A stretch of 248,000 nt of DNA from NCBI GenBank assembly GCA_951406725.2, contig OX597815.1:35484001-35732000 (forward strand), read 5' to 3'. Made by a program: the position numbers and the translations under genes. Under the pieces are notes generated by a model. That model did no database searches. It saw nothing but the letters and a program-made list of their open reading frames with translations, and was not told where the DNA came from. Each line of letters begins with the position of its first letter. Within the stretch, counting starts at the first letter, position 1. This document shows positions 201,590 through 216,347 of the stretch, piece by piece. The DNA is from Octopus vulgaris. Lineage: Eukaryota.

Positions 201590-204500
201590 GATACTTTGAT
201601 ACTTTGATAGGTTTCGGCCATTATTGGCCCAGGCCATGTCTAACTTAATAGCACCACCTGGTGAAGTCTTTCAAGTCAGAATTTGGGCACTATGGCCCAC
201701 TCAAGTAGAGAGTTATTGTTTGCAGAGACATATCCGGGTGTAGGGGGTTTATCCGGGATTTCTTGAAAGAATCTGTCCAAAGACTTCTTGAACCCTATAG
201801 GGTCAGTTTCTGTTTTAATGTGTTTTGGTGTAATGTTAAAGAGAGCGGGGCCAATTGAGGTGAAATAATTGTGCCGTATTGTTGTTATGAGATGAGAGTG
201901 CGATTTTTGTTTTGGGCGGATGGCACGGGGCCCAAGCCTTGGATGTACCTTAAAGGTGATGCCAACATCATTTGGGCAATGCTGATGGAATATTTTCCAC
202001 ATCATGCAGATGATGTAGCGCTCACGACGACGTTGGAGAGAATAGAGTTTTAGCTTTTCTAGTCGACCCCAATAGTCGAGGCCTGTCATGCCATCTATCT
202101 TTTTTGTGATTGCCCTTTGAGGTGCTTCAACTTTTATGATACCTTGTATTGTGTGGGGAGACCACAGTGGACAACAGTATTCAAGGTGGGGTCGGACAAA
202201 AGTGGAGAAGAGAAGGATAATGGTGTGGATATCTCTCGACTGGAAAGTTCTGAGAATCCAGGAACACATTCTGCGGGCCATGTCAACTTTGGTGTTTATA
202301 TGAGTGGCCCAGCTTACGTTGTTGTCCACAATTACTCCCAAGTCTCTGATGTTGTTGGACGCCGCGAGAGTTTCACCTGAAGGAAGGGAGTATGGGAGTT
202401 TCAGGGCATCCTCTTTTCCAAAGTGGATTAGCTCAAATTTATCCTCGTTCAGCAGCATATTGTTTTTTTCTGCCCATTGGATAACAGCCAGTAGATCTGA
202501 CTGAAGGCATGTCCGGTCACCCGCCTCATTTATGACCTTCTGTAGCTTGGAGTCATCTGCAAAGATTTTTATGTTGCTGTGCTTGATGATGTCATTAATG
202601 TCATTAATGTAAATGATGAAAAGAAGTGGGCCCAGCACAGTGCCTTGCGGAACGCCACTACTGACTTTGGCTGGGCTTGATTTTACCCCTTCAACTACAA
202701 CATGTTGAGATCTGTCTGTCAGGAAACACTTAATCCATTTCAGTAACTTTCCAGAGACACCAATGTTGGATAGTTTTTTCAATAGGATCTTGTGATCGAC
202801 CCTGTCGAAGGCCTTACTGAAATCAAGGTAGATGACATCGGTGTTGGAGCCCTCTCCCAAAGCTCTCAAAATGTCCTCAAAGTGATGCAGGAGCTGCGTT
202901 AGGCAGTCCCTTCCATTACGGAACCCATGTTGGTTGGAGATCAGCCGTCTGTTGCTTTCCAGAAATTGGGTTATTCGAGATCTCACCACCCTCTCAAATA
203001 CCTTGATGATATGAGAGGTGAGTGAGATCGGACGGTAATTCACTGCAAGGGACTTGTTTCCCTTTTTGAAAACTGGGACAACAGACTGGGACAGAAGGTT
203101 TTTTGGAATATAGCCAGCATCCAGTGAGTTTCTCCACAGATTAGCAAGGGGAGATGCAAGTTGGTGTCGACACACCTTCAGGACACAAGCAGGGAACCTA
203201 TCGGGGCCTACTGCTGAATTGTGTTTTATTTCGTTTATCGCCGCTAAGACATCAGGGGCACTAAATGTTATGTCCGATATAGTGTGTTGGGGGTTGACAT
203301 CACTGATACAGCCCAGATCGGCCATATCAGGATTGCTGAAAACAGAGCAGTATTGTTTCTGCAGTATCTCGGCCATGGATTTGGCATTATCTTGGAGAGT
203401 GCCAGTTTCGTCAATTAGAGGGCCTACAGTGGAGACAGTGACCCTGCGTTTCCTCGCAAATGAAAAGAACACTTTGGGGTTGAGTTTGATTTTTTCAATG
203501 GCCCACTTCTCCTCAGCTGATCTTTGGTTATTGATGAGGGTCTTCATGCATTGTTGGAGGTTATATTTTTTGGATTCAAGCAGTGCGATAGCCGTCGAAT
203601 GTGTGTGCTGCTGTTGGCAGTACTTTAGTTTGTTAATTTTTTTGTTTGTTCTTTTTATTTTTCTGATAATGGTTTTTCTGTTTTGGGGGATTCTGCACTT
203701 TTTGTTCACAGGTCTTGGTGGGGAGTGTTTTGCACATATGTCTGTGACGGTGTCTACAAAGATCTGCCAAGATGTTTTATGGTTGGTGGAGATGTGTGTA
203801 TGTGTAAAGGACCAGTCAACATTTGATAGCTCGTTCCTGATTGCATCCCAGTTGGCTTTATGGAGATCCATGTTGTCAAATGGGTGGGCTGGAGGAAGGT
203901 CACTAGGATTAGCTTTCGGCTGGTGGAATTTCATGTTACAGAGAACCATGTCATGGTCTGAAAGAAGGGTTTTTTCCACTGTAACGTTATGTATAGTGTT
204001 AGTGTGGTTACTAAACACTAGGTCCAAAATGTTCTGATGTCTTGTTGGTGCAAGGACAAGTTGGGACAAGAAAAACTCATTCGTAAAGTCGAAAAGTGAC
204101 TCTGCTGCTTCTTTGTCAGCGGTTGAGGCGGGAGTGCTTGGTTTCAAACAGTTTGTAGTCCAGTCAACACAGGGTAGATTGAAGTCTCCCATCATGAGTA
204201 TGTTGCTAGAATGGCACTGTTGAATAAAGCACTTAATGCTGTTGAGGCATTCTTTAAAGCACAGTATGGGTGTTTGGGGCGGCCTATAGAGCCCAATTAC
204301 TGTCAGGTCATTGGCTTTGTTGTGCACGGTGACTGATTCACAGTAGCCGTTGGAGAATATACTATTTCCATCTGCCGTAAATGAATCATGCAGGAAAATG
204401 GCAGTTCCACCCTTCCTCCTGCCGATACGATCCGCGCGGATGGTTGTGAAATTCTTCACTCTCACTTCGGCTTCCAAGTGGGAGTTGTCAAGGTGGGTCT

Positions 204501-204900
204501 CAGTGAGAATGAAGAAAGGGATGTGGTGTGAATGGTTACCAACCCAGTCTTCAATGAATTGGACCTTCCATTTTTGTGCATTGATGGAAGGGCTGACACC
204601 TTGTGCATTGAGTAGGAATGTGGAGGTTAGTGTAGTGGCTGGTTTTGACTGTTGCAGGGGGCTTGGATTTTGTGTGTGTGTTAGTGGCAGCAATGTGGGG
204701 AATTGGTGCACTGGGGTAATAGCATAGGATGGTGTTGAGTGATGGCTAGAATGTTTTTGTGTATCTCTTTTGCCATGTTCAACATGGCTAAAAAGAATTT
204801 TCCTGCTTAGGGAGCAGTTTTTGGCTGGAGGTGTGGTTGCACTGTTGGATAGGGTTGTAGTTTCCACTTTTGTTGTTGTTGTTTTTGTGTCTTCCTGAAA
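201590..204900 (-). mobile_element. CR1-type LINE with uninterrupted ORF2 (APE endonuclease plus RT)
   Basis: ORF 201676-205005 (N-terminal ~35 aa are microsatellite): LTETHL, GLYRPP, MGDFN, LDLVF, SDHDMV; [38 protein letters not shown]; 3' (TATCAAAG)n. Confidence 0.95.
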
Positions 204901-205045
204901 AGACACATATATATATACATATATATACATATACATATAAATATATATATATATACATACATATACATATATATACATATATATATATATATATATTGTA
205001 TACATATATATATATGTATATATATTATATATATATATATATATG

Positions 205046-205077
<32 letters not shown>

Positions 205078-205083
205078 TGTGTG

Positions 205084-205134
<51 letters not shown>

Positions 205135-205303
205135 GACGGGCTTCTTTCAGTTTCCGTCAACCAAATCGGTCGGCGCGAGGCTATAGTAGTAGACACTTGC
205201 CCAAGGTGCCACGCGGTGGGACTGAACACGGAACCATGTGGCTAGTAAGCAAGCTACTTACCACATAGCCACTCCTGCGCCTTACCACACAACCACTCCT
205301 CTC

Positions 205304-205335
<32 letters not shown>

Positions 205336-206585
205336 TGTGTGTGTATGTGTGTGTGTGTATGTGTGTGTGTGTGTGTATTTCTATGTATGTATCTACATAT
205401 ATATATATGTATGTATGTATGTATGTATTATGTATGTATGTATGCATATGTGTATATGTGTCTATATATATATATATACATACACACATAAATACATACA
205501 TACATAATACTTACCTACATACATACGTACGTACGTACGTACGTACATACATACATACATAAATACATACATACATAAATACATACATACATACATACAT
205601 ACATACATACATACATACATACATACATACATACATACATACATACACACACTCATACCTCGGTATTACAGACCACCCTTTAACGAATTCCTGAAGCAGC
205701 GGACAAAAGCAAAGCGTATCAACAACGCCGCTTCACCATCCATGGGAAGTCTGATTTTAAATTAAAAATGTTGAATTTACTGTATTATAGTCTATATTTA
205801 CAGTGTACAGGTATTTTACATTGTCAGATTGGATAGCGTACTTGATTAAAAGTATAGTACTGTATTTATTCCTGTCTTTCGTAATGTGATTGTTGATATT
205901 AGCCACTCCTAACGTAACCTAACCGTAGTGTCGGTACCTACGGACAATCGGCTTCATCGGACCGGTGTTTCCCCCTTTTAATCCGTAGTACCTATTTCTT
206001 TACTACCCACAAGGGGCTAAACACAGACGGGACAAACAAGGACAGAAAAACAGATTAAGTCGATTACATCGATCCCAGTGCGTAACTGGTACTTATTTAA
206101 TCGAACCCGAAAGGATGAAAGGCAAAGTCGACCTCGGCGGAATTTGAACTCAGAACGTAACGGCAGACGAAATACCGCTAAACATTTCGCCCGGCGTGCT
206201 AACGTTTCTGCAATCTCGCCGTAGTACCGCGATATGAGTGTATATGTGTGTGTGTATGTATGTATGAATCCATATCGATATGCATATACATAGTATATAT
206301 GTATAAATACATTGGTCGATATTTACGAAGAAGGAAGCGAGTATTCAATATATTATAAAATATATTATATGTACAAAGCAACCAGCGGGCAGAATTGTTA
206401 GCACGCCGGGCATAATGCTTAGCGGCGTTTCATCCATCTTTATGTTGTGAGTGCAAATTCGGTTGAAGTCGGCTTTACCTTTAATCCTTTTGATGTCGAT
206501 AAAATAAGTTAAGCACCGGTGTTAATTTAATCAATTTGCTCCCTCTTGAAATTGCTAGTCTTGTGCCAAAATTTGAAACTAATAT

Positions 206586-206632
<47 letters not shown>

Positions 206633-207136
206633 CGTTGTTATTATGCAAAAGTGTTGTAAGTCCAAAGCATTGCTTTCCCAGAAAACGAAAAAATAGTTTT
206701 ACTATTCCATAGCAATACCTATTTTTTTACTACCCACAAGGGGATAAACACAGAGGGGACAAACAAGGACAGACAAACGGATTAAGTCGATTATATCGAC
206801 ACCAGTGCGTAACTGGTACTTATTTAATCGACCCCGAAAGGATGAAAGGCAAAGTCGAACTCGGCGGAATTTGAACTCAGAACGTAGCGGCAGACGAAAT
206901 ACCGGTAAGCATTTCGCCCGGCGTGCTAACGTTTCTGCCAGCTCACCGTTGTACTACACTTCGGCAATTTTTGATATCTTGGCATCTGAAGCAGCTGGAG
207001 TCATGATAGTCTGACCAAAAGAACCGGCTATTGTAAGCAAGAATAAATATTGAAAACAATGCATTTGGCGAAATTTGGACATACGACAGTTTCACATAAT
207101 AGCAACGATATATATGTGTGTGTGTAAGTATATGCT

Positions 207137-207213
<77 letters not shown>

Positions 207214-207920
207214 ATATATATGCATATATATGTGCGTGAGTGCGTCTATCTGTGCGTGTGTGTGTGTATGCGTGTGTGTTGAACGATGTGTAGAATATTT
207301 ATAATGCATATATCAACTTATAATTTCTAGTGCCTATATTTACATACATACATACACACATACATACATACATACATACATACATACATACATACATACA
207401 TACATACATACAAACAAAGTTAATACTCTGTGATATAAGGTAACGATATGATACCTGAGGTTTAGCCTTTCTGAAAGCAGACTATCCTTCAAGGAATGAA
207501 TTAAAAGAAAGAAACTTGCGCTGTGGCCTTAATGCCTTTTTCCATCACCCTATGCAGCCGTATATACGAAATCCCCATGTGAAGTAAATTTACGCAACGA
207601 AATCGAAGTAAAATTGCCGCGTTATTCGAAAACGGATATTCATTATTATTGATTGGATAGTAAAGTCGATGAAGTAATCAAAAATATTCGGTAATCTAGT
207701 TCAAGCGTTAGAATAACTAAAGTGTAAATAAATCCTTGACCGTATTCAATGAGCGGGTTTTTACACAAATATAACAGTACAGTTCTTAATACCTGTTCTG
207801 AAGGTAATATACCCGTGTAATTACATATCCGCATAAATTTTAATATTTGAATTCTTTCTGCTAGTAATAAATTCCTGTCGTCTCTGTTGTGTGTAATGTT
207901 TGTTGTTACGGCGCATTCAA

Positions 207921-208035
207921 TGACGTCAATTTGCGTTGGAGGTGCGGCTTCTTAATAAAAACGGAGGGGTGGAGCTTAGCCATATACGGCTGAAGTGGGA
208001 AATTAAACTGAAATGAGATCAGACAGCTATATAAG
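207921..208035 (+). promoter_or_regulatory. Candidate promoter: CRE, CArG-like box and TATA box
   Basis: TGACGTCA at 207921-28, GGAGGGGTGGAG GC-box-like, CCATATACGG at 207980-89 (one mismatch to CArG), TATATAAG at 208028-35; ~270 bp before the ATG at 208307. Confidence 0.6.
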
Positions 208036-208306
208036 CTATCACGGCGTTACGAAACTTTATTCTGAAACTTTGACACTCACCAACGAAGTACACAGTGAAA
208101 TAGTGAAATATCTGAAGTGAGAAACACTCGACTTATAAATTCAAATCGAGGAACTTTTTAAAACTAAACTAAACGAAAGAAGGTACAGTGAAATATTTAT
208201 TTGAACTTTCATCTAATTTCATACAGACTTCGCTCAGCAATATTGCATAATATCGTCGCTGCCCTGTGAATTTTCTTACCAAACAAATTATTTCTATTTC
208301 ATCAAC

Positions 208307-208933
208307 ATGCTTGATAACGAAGTATATTTGAAATACGGACCCTACCGTCGCATTCGCAGAAATGCTTTGGCCAATATAATGGAAGGGTTAAATCAAGAAG
208401 CCGTTAACTGGCTGTCGAAAAATATTGCACATCAGTCCAATTCGGTTGACCATCGATGTGAGAAATATACTGATGATGAAAGTAACGTTAGTGGTGATGA
208501 AGGCGACGATGAAAATGAGAATGATGATGACGACGACGATGACGATGCCGGAGGCGTTGAAACCGTCGAAGAAAAAAAAGATGGGAAATATCTGGCTATA
208601 GATGAAGAGAAATCCGTGTTAAATCAGGAAAATAATGAAGGCATTACCTGCCAGAACGATTCTGAATTAAACAAGGCGGATTGTTTCAGACGTCTGAGTT
208701 CACCTATGGAATGTCGATTCCAGTCGTCATTTGCGGCGATCCGGCGGAATGCTTTACACAATTTATTGGAAACATTAACACCAGCCGAAATCTCAACACT
208801 TGGCAAGTTGTATCAGTTGCAACATTCTGTGAAGGACTTAACTTTAGAACAAGAGCGATTCGATCACTTGGTGACACCTGTTCAATACCCATACATTGAG
208901 ACATATTTCGACAAATATTTAACCCAAGTATGA
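208307..208933 (+). CDS. Orphan intronless 208-aa acidic protein with two RRNAL PKA-pseudosubstrate-like repeats
   Basis: Non-repetitive ORF in unique sequence; internal repeat IRRNALANIMEGL / IRRNALHNLLETL; Asp/Glu-rich linker; RRLS site; promoter upstream and AU-rich 3' flank. Confidence 0.8.
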   Translation: MLDNEVYLKYGPYRRIRRNALANIMEGLNQEAVNWLSKNIAHQSNSVDHRCEKYTDDESNVSGDEGDDENENDDDDDDDDAGGVETVEEKKDGKYLAIDEEKSVLNQENNEGITCQNDSELNKADCFRRLSSPMECRFQSSFAAIRRNALHNLLETLTPAEISTLGKLYQLQHSVKDLTLEQERFDHLVTPVQYPYIETYFDKYLTQV

Positions 208934-209526
208934 TTGAAGATATTGCAACAAACGGAAGAGAAAATAAAATCATTTTAAATGTTTTAAAATGCCGAGAAAA
209001 AAAAACTGAAGCATGCGTTTCTATGAAAATTCCTTATCGGTCAAAATTTCTGAAATGAGCAGAAAGAAGAAAGAAATTATACCAAGTAGGGCGAAATGAG
209101 ATAGAACAGGATTTTGTCCATAGAAACAAAGCAACGAACAAACCTTTTTCACTAAAATCTCTGCTCATAAAAAGCAGACGACCGATTGAATGGGCTTACA
209201 GAAAATATGTATGGTGAGCAGAGATTGTGCATATGTTATGCATTTTGTGTTTTCTCAATTAGCATGCAGTTTTGTTTTGATTAATTTATATATTTTCTGC
209301 GTGCGAAATATTTGATGACTAACAATTTGTTAACGAGAAATAATGGATAAGAAGCATAAAATGTTTCGAAGTAAACTCTATATTGTTCAAAAGGAAAAAA
209401 GAAAAAAAAAACGAACAAAGAAAAGAAAATGGAAGAAAAAAGATCGACTAACCCGTATTGAATGAGAGACGAAAGAATTTCTTTTTGAATTTTTTTTTAA
209501 CTGGAATGCTTACATAATTCGTTCGC

Positions 209527-209945
209527 TTATTTATTTACCAAAAGACTCCGAAATATCGAGTAAGAAGATTACCTGTTAAAAACTGAACATTAGAGACAAG
209601 TGTGTTCTTCTGATACACACGCTTGCACACAAAACATTTGTAAACCAGACATGTGTATTGGAACTTACTTTTAAAAAGATACCAAAGCATAAACATTTTC
209701 TCCCGTTTGTGTATCATATCTGATATGTCATACAATGATATATATATATGTTATGTGCCACATAAAACAAAGTTTATTGTAACACTCACTCACACAAACG
209801 CACACACACATTAACTAAACATGAATAAACAAGTCGCTCTCAGCCGAAGACAACTACTTACTTCAACAGGTAGTTATAATCAACATCATTCTCCCTCTCA
209901 CTCTCACTCTCTCTCTCTCCACTTATATTTTATTTATTTATTTAT
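209527..209945 (+). promoter_or_regulatory. AU-rich elements and candidate polyadenylation signal
   Basis: TTATTTATTTA at ~209527, overlapping ATTTA run at ~209930-209945, AATAAA at ~209824. Confidence 0.4.
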
Positions 209946-210076
209946 GTTATAAACATTATATCGCATTCGATGTAAATTTTGTCATCCCTTTATTATCATT
210001 TAAAACAAACACGTACATGAACAATATATATATACATACATATATACATATATATGTGTATGTATATATTATATAT

Positions 210077-210151
<75 letters not shown>

Positions 210152-210269
210152 TATATTATATTATATTATACATACATACATATATTCATACATTCATACA
210201 TACATTGTAATATTTAGGGATGATAATTCGTTTTAGTCGAAAATCTAACGTCATCTTCAGCCAGTATAT

Positions 210270-210300
<31 letters not shown>

Positions 210301-210438
210301 CATACATACATACACAGCATATTCATTTTTTTTTAAAGCTAGTTACTGACTCAGTGATTCGCCCGATGTTGTTCGAGCATTCGTATCGAGCGAGTCAACT
210401 GCTAAACAGCAACGGAGGGAATCACTATTTTCATACAA

Positions 210439-210540
<102 letters not shown>

Positions 210541-211905
210541 GTGTGTGTGTGTGTACAACAAATAGTTTAGAAACACTTCATTAAAACTTATTTATATTTT
210601 TGGTTCACTTTTTTTTTCATAACGCAAACTCCCATTTTTAACTGTGTAGTTTCATGTATCATCTGTATCAGCATATATATATATATATATACACGTATTT
210701 ATATGTATATATGTATGTACTGTATGTATTGTAAACTCAAATTAGACCCACAAAGTGTACTGGTGCCATATCCAGAACTGTGCTGATATCACACACACGG
210801 AAATCCTATACCATGGTGATAATAATATATATTTCTTAAAAGAAAACTGTCATGTACCCACTAATCATCACCTCATCATCAGGAAGTTTTACACTTAATA
210901 ACATTTTTACAATGAGGCTGTGCTTAATGTCTTAAAATAATGTCTTGGTTAAATCTGTTTTGTACAACAAACGACGAAATAAAACACATGGTTGATACGA
211001 ACTAAATTTATCGGTTTTTGTCATTTTTGTTGAACGAAATTTGCAATAGCTGTCTCTCGGAGTCCCCCACAACTCACAGGAAACGAAAAGAATAATTTTT
211101 ACTCCCTTCAGTATTGTTGTGGTCTCACACAACAGAAATTACGACACTGGAATTTTTTTCACCTAAAATCTCAATTTTTTTTTAATATACTTGTTTTCCC
211201 CTTCACCACCACTATTTCCGTACACTTTTCGTTACCCATCTGTATGAGGTTTCGAGAGACAGCTATTCCAAAGATCCAGCTTCCGTTATTGAATTTTTCT
211301 TTACAAAACATCGTAAAAAATAAAACATGTACCGACTAGAGGAATAAGGAATTTCAAGAAGTTTTGAAAACAATATATTCGATCTTCAGTAACTGACAAC
211401 ACACTTCAACAAAGAATTATTGCTGTTATGTGATTTACCAACCAGTTTATATGAGAAAATATCCCATTGTTCACGGAAACCCGTTACGAAGAAATTTTTC
211501 ACACGTGAAAACAGAATTTGGGGAGGTGAATAATTATAATTCTTTAAAATGTAGTTTATTTTCTTTTATTTTCCTGGTCAGGTATAAAAGCCACAGATGT
211601 ATTTCGAAAATCAGGGGTTTACTTACGTTATGTCTAAAGGGAGATGTTATGCGAATGACGTTACTGACCCACCAAGCAATACCATTTTTTTCTCTTTTAT
211701 TCCTTTACTTGTTTCTTTTATTCTTTTACCGGAGACCCGCCTTGAAGAGTATTAGTCGAAGAAATCGACCCCTGGACTTGTTCTTCGTAAGCCTTGTACT
211801 TATTCTATCGGTCTCTTTTGTCAAACCGCTATGTTACGGGGACGTAAACACACCAACCTCGATTATCAAGCGATGGTGTGAGGATAAACATAAACACAAA
211901 CACAT

Positions 211906-211937
<32 letters not shown>

Positions 211938-212605
211938 TTATATGAATATATATAGAGATATATATACATATATATATACATATACTCGATGGGTTTCTTT
212001 TAGTTTCTGTCTACCAAATCCATTCACAAGGCTTTAGTCGGCCCAAGGCTGTAGTAAAAGACACTTGCCCAATGTGCCACGCAGTGGGACTGAACCCGAA
212101 AACATATGGTTGGGAAGCAAGCTTCTAACCACACAGCCACACCTGCAACACCAAACTTTTTTTCCCCGTGGCTCTGCGCTGAAATTAGCTTACGTGCAAA
212201 TTTGGTCTTTCTTTGCAAAGTATTTATGCAAGTATTTATGTGAGTAACCATTTTTAATTTAAAAGAAAAAATTCAATTTTACCTTGAAAACCCTGTGCGC
212301 GCACATTTTTTTAGCACATGTTGTAAAACACGTCCTGGGTATGTAAGATTGAGGTAGTGCTTAGCGTGGGAACTCGTGGGACAATAGGTGTGTCGAGAAA
212401 CGGAAAGACGAGTGAGTCAGGAGTCCTCAAGCAGAGGTGGCACGAACCCAAGAGCCCCGATGAGCAGATATTACTTTAGTAGCAGTCAAAAATGTGACTA
212501 AAGGCAACAAAATGTCTGTGGGAAAGAGACGATGGACGACTTCATCAAGTCACCCGAGGGTGTTCCATGTGTGAAAAAAACAACGATATTCTGTCACCCA
212601 TAGAT

Positions 212606-212639
<34 letters not shown>

Positions 212640-212642
<3 letters not shown>

Positions 212643-213350
212643 AGTGGCTAAGCCAGAATAATGTTTTCGCCACTTGACCCTTCTAACCTCTTCTGTTTCA
212701 CCAATAGCTAGAACAGAGACTTCCAACGAAATTTATTGTTCTCAACAATATGTCTATCCTTCGGGCTAGTTTTGGATAGTTATAAAAACAAGAACTCCGT
212801 AAGCCAAAGTCCCTTTAACAAGGAAAAGCAGGCGTCATTTTTCTGTGTAGTAGCCGAATTGAAAGAGACAGTATGGGTGACGCGTGGAAGAAGAATTGAG
212901 ACAGGCAACTTTACCTCCGGGCACAGGTTGATTAGTTTGTTTTTTTTAACTACCACCTGTCCAGAAAGATCAGTCTGGAGAAAAGGTGCCTACCTCAAAG
213001 GACATTTGAGAAAAGATGGACAACTGTCCTAAGGAAGTTGAGAGTGAATGGGGCTGCGCTAGTGTAGCCGGTCTGAGCAGAAAAGAAGAAGAAAAAATAA
213101 CAAAAGAAAAGTTATAAAGTGGAAAAAAAGAAAAAAAAGACGGCGGATCGAACACGAACCCGAAAAATATTTCATCGTTTAATTTTAAAATTCATTTCGA
213201 TTTTATTGTATTGTGTAAATTCAACGATTTCATTATATCCGATTTTTAGACGAACTAAGTAATGTATAACCCCAGCCCCTAAATGTTTTTAGTTTTGTCC
213301 TTCTGCTGTCCCCTCTGTGTCATGGCCTGTTTGCCAAATAAAAGAAATTA
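212640..213350 (+). mobile_element. Tx1/L1-like ORF2 C-terminal remnant
   Basis: VWVTRGRRIETGNFTSGHRLISLFF resembles VVWKTRVKGIATGMFISSLELIDFFVFH at 223286-223519 (-); clade assignment tentative. Confidence 0.45.
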
Positions 213351-214614
213351 GTTAGTGAGAGCGACCATCAGTGAGTGTGAACGGTCGACCACAAACAAGC
213401 AGGCAACCAAACGGCCAGAGGGAGAAAGAAAGTTACAATCAGCGACTATGCGAGACAACTTCCCTCGATCTCTCACTTTTACTAGCTCACTTTCTTTTCT
213501 CTGTAACATTACCTTATCTCTATCTATATACTACTATGAGAACGTGTACACACATACCTATTTCTTTACTACCCACAAGGAGCTAAACATAGAGTGGACA
213601 AACAAGGACAGGCAAACGGGTTAAGTCGATTATATCGACCCCAGTGCGTTACTGGTACTTATTTAATCGACCCCGAAAGGATGAAAGGCAAAGTCGACCT
213701 CGGCGGAATTTGAACTCATAACGTAACGGCAGACGAAATACCGCTAAGCATTTCGCCCGGCGTGCTAACGTTTCTGCCAGTTCGCCGCCTTATATACCGG
213801 CCGAAATTAACTCTTTTTTACCTCACATGCTTTTCCATTTACTAATTATACATACCAACCCACCGTGGTTTTGAATATATATAGGCGCAGGAGTGGCTGT
213901 GTGGTAAGTAGCTTGCTAACCAACCACATGGTTCCGGGTTCAGTCCCACTGCGTGGCATCTTGGGCAAGTGTCTTCTGCTATAGCCCCGGGCCGACCAAA
214001 GCCTTGTGAGTGGATTTGGTAGACGGAAACTGAAAGAAGCCTGTCGTATATATGTATATATATATATGTGTGTGTGTATGTGTTTGTGTGTCTGTGTTTG
214101 TCCCCCTAGCATTGCTTGACAACCGATGCTGGAGTGTTTACGTCCCCGTTACTTAGCGGTTCGGCAAAAGATACCGATAGAGTAAGTACTGGGCTTACAA
214201 AGAATAAGTCCTGGGGTCGATTTGCTCGACTAAAAGGCGGTGCTCCAGCATGGCCGCAGTCAAATGACTGAAACAAGTAAAAGAGTAAAAGAGTAAAGTA
214301 ACGGTAAATAGAAATCTCTTTACAACTTCATTCGCTGTTCTTCAACATGCATTTGCAACTGAAAACATTACCTTTACATGTTCTTTTACTTATTTCAGTC
214401 ATTTGACTGCGGCCATGCTGTAGCACCGCCTTCAGTTGAGCAAATCGACCCTAGGTCTTATTCTTTGTAAGCCTAGTACTTATCCTATCGGTCACTTTGC
214501 CGAACCGCTAAGTTACGGAGACGTAAACACAACAGCATCGGTTGTCAAGCGATGTTGTGGGGACAAACACATACACACAAACATACACAGACATACACAG
214601 ATATATATACACAA

Positions 214615-214674
<60 letters not shown>

Positions 214675-215033
214675 GGCGGGCTTCTTTCAGTTTCTGTCTA
214701 CTAAATCCACTCACAAGGCTTCGGTCGGCCCGAGGCTATAATAGAAGACATTTGCCCAAGATGCCACGCAGTGGGACTGAACCTGGAACCATATGATTGG
214801 TAAACAAGCTATTTATCACACATCCACTCATATATATATATATAGGGAGAATTCACGAAAAAAACAAAAGACGAAGACAGATGGTGTAGAAAACTAATAG
214901 ATGTATTAGTATAACCCTCGGGAATTGAAAAAGTCTTTTACGTTTCGAGCCTACGCTCTTCCATAGAAAGGAACACAGAAAGAAACAAGGAGAGAAAAAA
215001 ATGTGTGTAGTGGCTAACGATCAATCATGGTGA

Positions 215034-215070
<37 letters not shown>

Positions 215071-215072
<2 letters not shown>

Positions 215073-216347
215073 CATAAGGGACTAAAGCCATCTGAATATG
215101 GCTAGGGACAGGGCAGGGTGGTGGGGGTGTTACTGTTGCATTTAGCCCCAGGCGAACATCGACGTCACCAGAAAGGCTCGACACCGTCACGGTGCCCTAA
215201 ACCTGCAAAGGGAGGTAATTCCCCGATGAAGCGGAAACCACACACGGACCATGGTTTCAAGGTGTATTGCCTATCATCGGCGTGTGGTAGGCCTCCGCTT
215301 CCTCGACGAATTCTCACTATGCAGGATTTCTTATATAGATTTTCAAGCAAAATACATTTGCTGATTTCGAAAATCTGTTCGAAAGCAATAATAATTCTCT
215401 AAAAGGGATATAGACAGTAACTGCTCGATAACATAAGGGACTAAAGCCATCTGAATATGGCTAGGGACAGGGCAGGGTGGTGGGGGTGTTACTGTTGCAT
215501 TTAGCCCCAGGCGAACATCGACGTCACCAGAAAGGCTCGACACCGTCACGGTGCCCTAAACCTGCAAAGGGAGGTAATTCCCCGATGAAGCGGAAACCAC
215601 ACACGGACCATGGTTTCAAGGTGTATTGCCTATCATCGGCGTGTGGTAGGCCTCCGCTTCCTCGACGAATTCTCACTATGCAGGATTTCTTATATAGATT
215701 TTCAAGCAAAATACATTTGCTGATTTCGAAAATCTGTTCGAAAGCAATAATAATTCTCTAAAAGGGATATAGACAGTAACTGCTCGATAACATAAGGGAC
215801 TAAAGCCATCTGAATATGGCTAGGGACAGGGCAGGGTGGTGGGGGTGTTACTGTTGCATTTAGCCCCAGGCGAACATCGACGTAACACCCCCACCACCCT
215901 GCCCTGTCCCTAGCCATATTCAGATGGCTTTAGTCCCTTATGTTATCGAGCAGTTACTGTCTATATCCCTTTTAGAGAATTATTATTGCTTTCGAACAGA
216001 TTTTCGAAATCAGCAAATGTATTTTGCTTGAAAATCTATATAAGAAATCCTGCATAGTGAGAATTCGTTGAGGAAGCGGAGGCCTACCACACGCCGATGA
216101 TAGGCAATACACCTTGAAACCATGGTCCGTGTGTGGTTTCCGCTTCATCGGGGAATTACCTCCCTTTGCAGGTTTAGGGCACCGTGACGGTGTCGAGCCT
216201 TTCTGGTGACGTCGATGTTCGCCTGGGGCTAAATGCAACAGTAACACCCCCACCACCCTGCCCTGTCCCTAGCCATATTCAGATGGCTTTAGTCCCTTAT
216301 GTTATCGAGCAGTTACTGTCTATATCCCTTTTAGAGAATTATTATTG

